Assembly (NCBI RefSeq): GCF_032191835.1
Contig: NC_083235.1
Span: 45,880,001-45,944,000, forward strand
Direction: 5' to 3'
Origin: Heteronotia binoei
Lineage: Eukaryota
Length of the DNA stretch: 64,000 nucleotides
Position numbers and translations under genes: made by a program. This document shows positions 48,641-59,039 of this stretch, one piece after another; within the stretch, counting starts at the first letter, position 1; each line of letters starts with the position of its first letter. The notes under the pieces are model-generated. The model was not told the origin of the DNA. It saw only the letters and a list, made by a program, of their open reading frames with translations, and did no database searches.

Positions 48641-50769
48641 CTGAGGGTGGAACATGTTTATGAAAGATAGTTAATAGTTGTGGTAGCTAAATGGAGTCAC
48701 CTAGTTCAAAGGCTGTGTGTCATTAAATGTCAATTGTAGCAGAGCAAACAATGACAGAAAGCTGCTGTGAGCTACCCACAAGCATCTGGTCGAAAACTTG
48801 AACAGGAGGCTGGGCTAGATAGACTCTTGGGCTGACCCATTTGGCTCTTCGTCATGATACTAGATGGACCTTTCAGTTTTCCCCACATGGCAATTCTTAT
48901 GCTCTTTATTTACCTCCTAGGGGAAAAGGATGTGCAAGTACAGATCGGTCTGTCTACTAAGCAGACAGTTCCAAAAGGAACTGTACTGTATGAGACCCGC
49001 ACAGATGGGAAAGAACTATCGAAGTGAGAGCTGATGAATTCAAAAGAGAGGGGGAGCTGGAATCAAGTATTTGTGAGCAGTTGGGGATGCAGATGTTTCC
49101 ACCTGAAGTGATGTTCAAAGCACGCTTATGTTTTCTGCAGTGTTGACATATCTGGGGTGGATCCTTATTTCAGATATATTGGTGTGAATTGATTTTTGGA
49201 GTCTCTCTACTAAAACTGCTATAGTAAACAAAAAAAAAAAAAACAAAAAAAAACCTGGTGTGAACACATCCGTCACCAATTCAGAAAAGTTATGTACCAG
49301 CATCAACAGAATGACATAACTGCAATAGCTTCACTCCTTTAGGGTCAATGGAGTTACCACTAGTTTGAATCTGGAGTCCACAGCAGTAAAAGAGAGCTGC
49401 GAGTGGAGCAAATGGAACTGAATCTTGCATGAATCTGGCACCACTGGAACCTGCAGTGTAACAATCCACATTAAGAGGCACTCCTCAGAAACAATATACT
49501 TAACAGTTGGTATGAATCCAGAGTCACTTCACTAAGTCAATGGAATGACACCAAATCAGCCTCAGACTATTAGCTTTGCTGGATTTCCATTGAACTCAAA
49601 TCGGATCCATCCAGGTGCTTTGCTGTGCATGAGACACCAATCATTTATCCTTTGTTGTATCTTGCTTTTATTTTTTCCTGCTGGATGACAGTGGGATGAG
49701 TCACCTTTCTTAATAGATGGTTTAACTTTCTCTTTCCCTTTCACTCTTCTGCTGGAATTAATTTAATTAAATGCTGTATTTTATTTTTGGTAATAGCGCT
49801 GCATCAGGGAAATCAAATGATATGGATAAGGTTTTTATCTCCCATTGTCTCATGGGATGTGCTGAGATCCCATTGTCTCATGGGATGCTGCAGAAAAAGA
49901 AGCTTTGGTCTTTTGTATTCTGGCCTAAGTCCCATAAATCTCTATCACATGTTCCCAAACAAAGAATAAATGCCATCTGACCATACAGCTGTCAGAGATT
50001 TGGAGAATAAGGATTCAAAAACAAGGTTCTTTAATTCTACTTACAGCTTAACAGTATAATACTCTTTCCTAGGAGTAAACCCTATTGAATAGATTTTAGT
50101 AGAATTCTGAGTAGGCCAGAGGCAATGGACTTGGGAACTCTTTTCACATCAAGGCATCCTACCATGATTATAATCTTACAGTCCAAAAACAGAATAGAAC
50201 TTTCCCATTGTAACTCCCCAGATTGCTCTCCCTACAGCACTAAGCATGATGGGTGTGGAAAGTCTACAGTGGAAAGAAGGATCAGCAAAAATCATCCCTC
50301 TCCTCTGCTGAAAAAAGTACCCTTGTGCCAGTAAAAATAGGCTGAATAATCCAATCCATAATTTTTATCTAGCCAACTCTTTGCTTATTGGTATATTGCA
50401 CACAAAAACCCTCCAAAGCTGGAGAACATGATTGCTTTGGTCAAATATAGGATAGCCTTTACAAAGAGGATGAGAGGTACGCTCGTATTTATTGCTATGT
50501 CACTGGTGTCCTGGAAATTTCCCATTATTTCAGACTTGCTGCCAAGAAGCATGTTGGAGATCAGCTGCTCAGGGTGAAAAACAGTTAATATGTAACAGTT
50601 GATACCTAACAGTTACTCCATAGGGCGTTCTAGCTACAGCTTCCGCTCACAAGGGTGAGGGTGCAAATTTATTCACTGTGGTCCGCTCATTCAGCAGTTC
50701 ACGGCATTTAAAAACTACACTACTGTGCTCCTCCCTGCCGAAATGTAAGATCTGGGAGAAAAATGCCAA

Positions 50770-50940
50770 GGAAAATGTTCTGCCACAATGGTTCAGTGGC
50801 AGAACATCTGCCTTGAATGCAGAAAGTCTCCTTTGCATCGCCAGTCAAAAAGATCTGGTAGTAGGTAATGCAATAGACCTTAATTTGAAACCCCAAAGAG
50901 CAGCAGCCACTTTAGACCTTGATAGAACAATGGGTTGATC
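50770..50940 (+). mobile_element. tRNA-headed SINE with CR1-like tail (degenerate)
   Basis: ggttcagtggcagaacatctgccttgaatgcagaaagt head; related decayed copies near 10950-11110 (-), 21520-21700 and 63050-63215. Confidence 0.5.
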
Positions 50941-51732
50941 CATTATGAAGCCACTTCAGCTGGTCATGTGTTTCATACATATAACCATGAAGGTGATTAT
51001 AGTTCTTTGATATGGATTATTATCCATTCCCACTAGAGATTTTACAAAACTACGATTTATAGGGGGGGTCATGGCAAGAAAACCAATTTTTGTGTATGGT
51101 GTGTACATGTTTCTCTAGACGCCTGACACAAAAACAAATGTCTCTTATGTCCATGTAGCAGATGACTTACTGGTACAGCTTGTTTTTTGGTTCATTTTCC
51201 AGTTTGGTCAAGACAATGAATAAAGCACCATCCTCCCCATTTCTTACATGATTTAATACACTGAGCAGAACCAGTTAATAGTAGCTCCTCACCCTTTCTG
51301 AAATACTAGTGGAATCACTTTCTTATCCTTCCCTCTGAAACTACTGCAGCAGTTTCTTTCATGTTGAAGGAGAAAGAGTTGCGTATGCATTCCCACCCCT
51401 GCTCCAGATAGGAAAACAAAAGCACCAGCATCCTTTCCCTTCTGCCTCTCCTCTAGGGTTCAAGTAAAGGAAACCCCCCAGTAAATAGTACTGACAGTCT
51501 TCACTAATTCATTACATGTAGTAGTATATAGTAATATAAAGCAGACACCTCTCATACAATATCAAAATACACAGTAAGCAAAGAACTTTCAAAAATACAA
51601 TTAGAAATTACACACCGCAAGATTCATACAAAACACACTCTAAGGTAGCCAGGCTCAGACTGGCAACCAATTGGAGATGGGACAGATGGGGAATTATGCA
51701 ATGGCAGGGCACAATCAGTGTCTCTGGCATGT

Positions 51733-52004
51733 TAAGAACATAAGAGAAGCCATGTTGGATCAGGCCAATGGCCTATCCAGTCCAACACTCTGTGTCACAC
51801 AGTGGCCAAAAAAAAACACCCCCAAGTGCCATCAGAAGGTTCACAATTGGGGCTAGAAGCCCTTCCACTTTGCCCCCCCCCTCCAAGCACCAAGAATAGA
51901 GCATCACTACCCCAGACAGTTCCAACAATACGCTGTGGCTAATAGCCACTGATGGACCTTTGCTCCATATTTTTATCCAATCCCCTCTTGAAGCTGGCTA
52001 TGCT
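51733..52004 (-). mobile_element. CR1 LINE 3' fragment
   Basis: taagaacataagagaagccatgttggatcaggccaatggcc...cacagtggcc...tttatccaatcccctcttgaag; close reverse complement of 6715-6775 and 7970-8047. Confidence 0.9.
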
Positions 52005-54388
52005 GATGTAACTTCTGGCAATATGTGGAAGTGATGTCATTACATTGGGCAGTGACACTGGGTGATTTTGTCACAGAGTTTTGTGCAAATGCTAGTCTGT
52101 CACGCAACATGATGGCATCTCTTCTGGGTTGCACTAGAAGTTGCATCATCATCATGCCTGGGATGCCAATAGCACCCACCCACACACACACACACACACA
52201 TTTTGCCTGCTTTTTTCTTCCTGCTGAGCAGCAATAGACAGTGGTGCAGGGGGCAGGAAACCCCCCATCACTAACAGGAATGTGGCAACTCTACCCTCCT
52301 CCTCTTCCTCCTTTACATGTGCATACACACATCCTTATTCTGGATGGGACAGGAGCATGCTATTGACTTCCCCTTTCCCCTGGGCTGAAACTGCTATTTT
52401 ATTCTAAAGACTCTTCCAGTGAAAATCTAGAGGTAATGGTATATTTGCTCCCTGCATGGCAAGTTAAAATCTGGGTAAGCAGTGGTGGTGGTAATTTCCT
52501 TTGGAAAAACAGCAGAAGAAAGGCTGTCCTTTCCAAACACTGCAGACTTTTTCTTTAATGTGATTCTTGTAGAAGCAACCTTTTGGTGACTGGCTGTACC
52601 CACCATTTTGCAACTAGTAGCTTTCAAGCTTTTTTTTTTTTTACAAAATTAAGTACCTTCCAGAAATAAAGTCTTTCCAACCCCAGAGGGCCGCAGCTAC
52701 TTTGCATTACAAAAACAGACACATATTATGGGTTACAAACTTCTGCCATTTTTCTAGGGAAAGTAGATCTTTCCATACCTCTTGTCTCCCCCGCAACCTC
52801 TGCGATGCCTTAAATGGTTTTAGTGATGGATGATCCTTACAAACAAACCAAACCTATGAAGGTTGGTGCAGAAGGTGCAGCATGAAGGGGAACTGGGTGT
52901 GATTGCCACTTTATTTATTTAAAACGTGTCATTTTCTTAGGCCACCAAGGCGGTGAACAACTAAAGGTATGCCACAAAAGCACACACATATAAAACAATT
53001 AAAAGCAACAATTAAAACACATTTTATCCTCTTCTATCAAATGAATCAAAGCAGGATACATAATAATTGTGTACACACAGAGAATGCCATCACCATGGGA
53101 GATTAATACAATAAAAACATTCAGTTAACTAGACAGTTTGATTAAATGGCATTCGGCTCGGCCAAAGTCACTTTGCATCATCCTCTTACTTCCACTGGGC
53201 TGGGGTGGCAGTAGGCACACAAGTGACTTAGGTAGGAAACGTGTAAGTCACACCCATGCTAACAAGGGTGGACTTACCTATGGGGGAGTCTGGGCAATTG
53301 CTCAGGACCCTGCACTGTGGTGGCCTGAGTCAGTGGATGTGATATGCTGTATGACCTGCTGAAGAGTCCATTGATTACATCACCCAGTGTATAGAATGAA
53401 AAATCTGATACTGTTTTCACCTGCTTCAGTTTTCTCAGCAACAAAATTCAAATAACTAGCTTCAGACGTTTACTTGCCCTTTGCTACTAATACAAGTAGG
53501 TGGTATTTTTAAAACGATGCCCACGCAGGATCAATGTGGCTGGCACTGTTCATTGGTTGTAATTGTTTTCAAAAATGTTGCCATATGCCATCGATCTAAC
53601 TAATATTATGTTATAGTCTACCTAAGCAAAGTTAATCAGAAGCAATGAAACAAAATTATTCAAGTGGGGTACAAATTTTTAAAAGCAGAGAAGGACTGTG
53701 GGAGCATACTTGACTTTTGCTCACAACCTCAGGAGTGCTAAGACCACTCTTGCATGCTGGCCAAGTGGCTCACATGGGAGCCATGAGTGACTTGCACACC
53801 CACAGGCTGAATCACTTGCATGCCTGCCACCTAACTTAAGTCACTTGCACAAGTGGGCAGTGGTACAACTAACTAGGCAGAAGTGCTAAGGAGGCAGCAC
53901 TGAAGCAAGCTGCAGTTCTTGCCCAGGTCAGGGATGGCTGCTACTTGCTTGATGCTGGTGCCCTCTTGCCACCAGATAAAAGTTTTATGAACTGGCATTT
54001 AATTTTATTACTTCCCATTCCTCATAGTGACCCCAGCATTCTTGAATAGCTTCTTACGTCATTTGCTTTGTAGGGAAAAGGCTTCCATCATTACTTTTGC
54101 CTTTGCAGCCAAAAATGACTTTGACCATTACTTTTCATTGGTTTTTGGGAGGACCCAACAATATACGTACCCAGTGGCATACCCAAGTTTTTGAAATCCC
54201 ATACTAAAACTTTAAAGTACACTATTATCATGCAAAAAACAAAAATAAAAAATTAGCAAAAAAAATGGAGAAACAAAATTTAGCCAAAATGTTTTATTAG
54301 TTTCAGGTGGGTAGTCATGTGGCTCTGAAGCAACAGAACAAAGTTTGAGCCCAATAGCACCTTTAAGACCAACAAAGTTTTATTCTAA

Positions 54389-54426
54389 GTATAAGCTTTC
54401 ATGTCCATGCACACTTCTTCAGCTAC
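54389..54426 (-). ncRNA. Minimal type-I hammerhead ribozyme motif (PLE-type), core intact
   Basis: Minus strand: gtag-CTGAAGA-a-gtgtgcatggacat-GAA-AGCT-T-atac. Stem I 3/4 paired, stem II mostly paired, palindromic AGCT stem III. Confidence 0.6.
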
Positions 54427-54638
54427 ATTAAAACAAAAGTCACCAACCATTACAGATAAATATTAGGTGAGGAGGACATTGCCAAGAAGAGCCAATTAGA
54501 ATAAATATGTGCAAGTTAACTGAGCAGTAAATATAGCTAAGACTGGATGAAGGCAACCGTCTACCCGGCCTATATGGAATGGTTGGTGACTTGTTTCTTT
54601 TATGCCATTAAAGGTCCTTGAACTTGAATTGTTTCAAT

Positions 54639-54676
54639 GCATCTGAAGAAGTGTGCATACACAGGAAAGTTTATAC
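54639..54676 (+). ncRNA. Minimal type-I hammerhead ribozyme motif (PLE-type)
   Basis: gcat-CTGAAGA-a-gtgtgcatacacag-GAA-AGTT-T-atac; core intact, G.G mismatch at the base of stem II. Confidence 0.5.
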
Positions 54677-54974
54677 CCAAAATAAAACTTTGTTGGTCTT
54701 AAAGGTGTCATTGGACCGAAACTTTGTTGTTTTAATAGTTGTAACAGCCACCTAACTCAGTTCACCTAAAATTCAGAAAGCTTGTGCAACTTCCCACGAA
54801 AATTTTCCACATCGAAGAGACAAACGATGTTTGTTATTTAGAATTTCCATTGAAGATTTTCGTGCTTTAGAATGACACGGGTCGCCTATCAACTACATAC
54901 TAGCTACTACGGATTTGTAATAATAACAACAGTCGCTACACCCTACCTGAGTGGCAATACAATAACCGCTGGTC

Positions 54975-55082
54975 AGAACACGAAAGCTCACACCTTGAAT
55001 AAAACTCTGTTGGTCTTAAGGTGTCACTGGACTCTAACTTTGTTCTATGCTTCAGACCACCAACACGGCTACCCACTTGGAT
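54975..55082 (+). mobile_element. Truncated Penelope-like pLTR
   Basis: cacgaaagctcacaccttgaataaaactctgttggtcttaaggtgtcactggactc...cttcagaccaccaacacggctacccac; lacks the CTGANGA half. Confidence 0.75.
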
Positions 55083-55099
55083 CGCTGCTCAGAACAGTT

Positions 55100-55703
55100 C
55101 TGGAGAGGGGAGGTAGAATCGCGGGTAGCTGGGTTAATCGCGACTCCTTCTGCTTGCAAAACATTCCCTATCCGCAGAACCACAGAGAAAGACCGAGCAC
55201 GACTTAAAACGGCACCGGCAGGGTCCAGTTAGAAGCCTTCCGCAGAGCGCGTACAAGCAACCCGGAACTTCCGCTCTGAAACACAAGGCCATCTGCTCAC
55301 AGACTTAGGAGGACGCCCCCAAATAAAGCACAGTATCATTACACTATAGTTCACTTGAAATTTGTAGACATGGTCGAAATAGATCCTATTGTTTGCTTCG
55401 TTTTATGCATGATATATGACATCTTGATTCCTCGTCTGATGAACTGGGCTCAGAGCACACGAAAGCTTACATTCCGAATAAAACTTTGTTGGTCTTAAAG
55501 GTGAAACTTGATTCCTGCTTTGTTCCTTTTGCGCAGCCAGGCTGCCCGTCGTTACCCCTTTAAGGCGGCCGGGAGGATTTGCGCGCCATTTGGAGTTTGG
55601 GAGGCGCTTGAAAATTTGGGCGCCGAGCTGAAGCAATGGATTACTCTTCCCGGTGCAAAATGGGAACGGAGCCGAGTTTTCAGTAGACGGAAAGGCTTGT
55701 GAA
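55100..55703 (+). promoter_or_regulatory. TIMELESS: CpG-island promoter and probable non-coding exon 1 of TIMELESS
   Basis: CpG-rich; ETS-like ccggaacttccg near 55262; E2F-like tttgcgcgcca (55578) and tttgggcgcc (55615); CHR-like CTTGAA (55607); donor gaa|gtgagt after 55703. Confidence 0.7.
55432..55472 (+). ncRNA. Hammerhead ribozyme motif in a pLTR remnant inside the TIMELESS promoter
   Basis: tcgt-CTGATGA-a-ctgggctcagagcacac-GAA-AGCT-T-acat followed by aataaaactttgttggtcttaaaggtg; core intact, stems I and II mismatched. Confidence 0.5.
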
Positions 55704-55762
55704 GTGAGTTAGTACTTTACAGTTTTTGAGGAAATAGCATTTTAGGGGTCTAGTCCTATCTA

Positions 55763-55980
55763 GGAGCCCTGCTGCTGACCTGGATAACCCAGGCTAGCCC
55801 GATCACATCAGATCTCGGAAGCTAAGCAGGGTCAGCCGTGCTTACTAGTAAGCGGATGGGAGACCACCAAGCCATACCAGGGTCATGATTCCCGGACGGG
55901 TAATGGCTGAACGCCTCTGGCGTTGAAAACCTCACAGGGGGTCGCTATAAATCACTGGCTGGACGGCACTTTCCGCCACC
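55763..55980 (+). mobile_element. 5S rRNA-headed SINE with Sauria-SINE-like tail
   Basis: gcccgatcacatcagatctcggaagctaagcagggtcag...ggatgggagaccacc plus ttgaaaacc...gggtcgctataa tail. Confidence 0.78.
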
Positions 55981-56375
55981 TACTTAGGAGTAAGTCCCAG
56001 TACATTTAATAGTTAACAGTAAATGTTCTCGGGATTGGCCTCCACACAGTCGCGAAATGCTGTTAGTGGGGAAGAATGGACTCTTCTGAACTCAGCTGGG
56101 CTTTATTTCGAGTTCTGGGGTTGCTTTGTAAAATCGAGGTCCTTTTTGCAGCCGTGAAGGAGAAGTCCGGGTTTGGGAGGAGGCTGGGGGTGGTAATGGT
56201 GGGTGTGACTGCCGATGAACAGCAACTCTGGCGGCCTCCGTGTGCATAGTTGGGTGTTTCGTTATAGCAGTCCTTCATTGTTGGATGTTCCTGTGCGGAC
56301 AAGGTGAATGAAGTTGGTGTTGCAATAACTAACGATGCTTGGGTGCAGCCATCTTTAGTCAGAAGTAAGCCCCAC

Positions 56376-56455
56376 TCCGAAGGGAGCTTTGAGTCTCGAA
56401 AGCTCACATCTAAGGTGTGCTGTTCTATTGCAGACCAACACGGCTACAATCTGAA
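56376..56455 (+). mobile_element. Degenerate Penelope-like pLTR remnant
   Basis: ccgaagggagctttgagtctcgaaagctcac...gttctattgcagaccaacacggcta; first core half damaged. Confidence 0.55.
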
Positions 56456-56494
56456 ATCGCTCTCAGTGGGCCTTAGTTCTCTGTAAGCAGCTTT

Positions 56495-57553
56495 AGATTT
56501 CAAACAATTTTATTAGTAACATATGGAAATAAATTTCAATTTCTTACTTCATTAATAATTACTTTTTTTTTAATCTATCCAATATATTACTTTCTACCCA
56601 CCCCTCCCCCCCATTACTTGACCCCTGCTGGTGTTATATACTTAAAATCTTAATATTAAAGGTACCCTTAATTAATAAGAACCTGTCTCAGCTGTTATTC
56701 TTATTACTTCTGCTGACAATCCATAGTGGTTTTCTCTCATCGCCATATTTCTTATACTTCAAACATTTAGTAGATTATTTCTTCTATAATGGTGAGAAAA
56801 AAAAACATCCGACTTTTTCTTTCCATAGTACATATAAGCGTGCCAGCCAAATTTATTTCCATGACCTTCCAACGTTAAAAGTTTTTTATTCAACTGCGTC
56901 ACCCAATCTTTTATCCACACTAGACGAACTGCTTCATGATATAATCTTAAATCTGGTAGTTGAAATCCTCCTCTTTCTTTAGCATCTGTTAAAGCTCTCA
57001 TTTTAATCCTTGGCTTTTTCCCGGCCCATACAAATTCTGAAATCTTTCTTTGCCATTTATTAAATTGTTTACTGTCTTTCACAATCGGAATAGTTTGAAA
57101 CAAATACATTATTCTCGGCAAAATGTTCATCTTAATTGCAGCTATTCTACCAAGCAGTGACAAATTAAGCTTGTTCCATTTTATCATATCTTCGTCCATT
57201 TTACGCCATAACTTTTCATAATTGTTTTTAAACAAATCAATATTCTTCATTGTTATTTCCACGCCCAAATAATTTACTTTAGGGGTAACTTCACATCCTG
57301 TTAATCTCTGCAATTCCTTTTGTTTACTTACTTGCATATTTTTACACAAAATTTTTGACTTTTCTTTATTAACATAAAGTCCCACCAATTCTCCAAAATC
57401 TTGTATTTTGGCTAACAACAAAGGTGTTACTTGCATAGGATTTATAAACATTATAACGTATCATTTATAAACATTATATCATCTGCAAATGCTCTGTATT
57501 TATAGGAAAATTCCTATAAATTTATTTTGCTCTGTATTTATAGGAAAATTCCT
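56495..57553 (-). mobile_element. L1-clade LINE fragment (5'-truncated, internally deleted)
   Basis: KYRAFADD at the 5' junction; ORF 56759-57451 (YLGV...LSLLGRIAAIKMNILPR...FVWAGKKPRI...RGG..LPDL) is typical L1 ORF2; 3' end with aataaa near 56510. Confidence 0.9.
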
Positions 57554-57612
57554 GAGCCTGCCTAGGCGGGGAGGGCGGGGTATAAATAAAAGTTTATTAT
57601 TATTATTATTTA
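57554..57612 (+). repeat. L2/SINE 3' tail with (TTA)n
   Basis: gagcctgcctaggcggggagggcggggtataaataaaag followed by (tta)n. Confidence 0.6.
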
Positions 57613-59039
57613 ATTCTCGTTCCTTCCATTTCTTCATCATCTTGTATTTGCATCAATAAGATGGCTCCGGTTATTAAAAGTGTTTGCAGATCCTGCTGTT
57701 GAAGTACTGTCCTCCTTTTCTTGATGATTGTTTCCAGCAGAGCGTAAAGCTCTTCAAGGGACATACCTGAGGGGTTGGTCCCAAATGTGTTAATAAGCTC
57801 CACCACCTCTGCACACAAGAAATAGAAGGCAGAAAGGGATAGTAGAGGGTTAGCTGTGTTAGGTTGTTGGAGAAAAATAAAACAATCTGCTGGTGATCCC
57901 TTTATCTGATGCACACAGGCTTCCCTCTTCCTGCACAAAGTATGTTTTCAATGGAACACAGCCATGAATTATGCCTTGCTATAGCTGGGAAGTTTAGCAG
58001 GTCAAATTGACAATTATAATTCAAGAAGCATTTTAAGGTAGATGCTGAGCTGATATAATTTAGCACACCCAGTGATGTCAGGGGCGTGTGGCATGTGCAA
58101 ATGAAATGTGTTAATAAGCTCCACCACCCCTGCACACAAGAAATAGAAGGCAGAAAGGGATATATTTTCATATATATCTGAAGTGAGTGGTGACTCACAA
58201 ATGCTCATAGAGTGCCACTGGACTTTCATTTATCTTCCAGTTCACCAAGACAACAACCCCAACCATAAGGATTCATCGGTCTTTCTGTTATAGTATAAGA
58301 GTAAATGTTAAACTAGCTTAGGAGATGTTTGACATGAAACATTCTGAGTGCTGAAGAGAACTTCATATAAGGTTGCTAGAGAAAGATACTTGTGAATGAA
58401 CAATCAGATATTACCTTAATAGCATCTTGGATACAAGGCTGTACATTCAGCTTTTTGATTGCAGAGAAAGTTGATGCTTTCTATATATTTTCTACTCCCC
58501 TGCTACCTGAGGCACAAAAGTAGGTTATAGTCCTGAAGCACTCTGGGTAAGTGGATCAGTTACATAAACCAGGTTATATGATGTACTGTCTTCTAAGAAT
58601 CTGTGTGACCAAAGTAGTAGATGGAAAGTACTACCAAGAACAGGTGGGGAAAACACTTTTTAAAAAGGCATCAGGAGTTTTACCAGCTGTCAGCAGACGG
58701 GTGGTTCCCAGCAGCCTTTCTCCTCATCTTCTCTTGCAGTCTCCTTTTTTGTTTTAAAGGATTCCCATTGCACACCTGTCTGGGGAGCGTGTTTGTGCTT
58801 GAAGGCCACTGGAGCCGGAAGGATTTGCTGGTAAAATAAACCATGCCAGGAGTATTGTACTGACTGGTGGGGTGAAGAAATCTCTGATAATCTGTAACCT
58901 GAGGTTATCTGTAACCTGAAGGAGCTATTTGTTCTTGGTATGCTTTGGATTGAGGGGTCCTGTTGTCTCCATGAATCTGATTTTTGTGTTGGGTTCCAGT
59001 TTAAACGAGGCCAGGCTGCTAGAAAATTCTGGCTCATGG

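Larger units (their letters stand above)
54303..54730. mobile_element. Inverted pair of Penelope-like pLTRs flanking a spacer of about 200 bp
   Basis: Minus copy 54303-54426 and plus copy 54639-54730 share gaagaagtgtgcat..gaaag.ttatac..aataaaactttgttggtcttaaaggtg. The spacer ends are also inverted (aagtcaccaaccatt / aatggttggtgactt). Confidence 0.8.

Noticed and set aside
49840-49890. Twice-repeated hairpin tcccattgtctcatgggatg and other 13-20 bp doublets (2323, 58888, 60735) as array-like systems
   Set aside because: Only two units each with no spacer series; ordinary slippage duplications. No CRISPR-like array exists in this eukaryotic window.
50534-50655. Small exon-like pieces between MIP and TIMELESS
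   Set aside because: Weak donors, no recognisable peptide, no supporting exon chain.
55795-55870. 5S rRNA gene
   Set aside because: Partial, diverged and fused to a SINE tail. The same applies to the copies near 2.0, 2.9, 12.2 and 22.7 kb.
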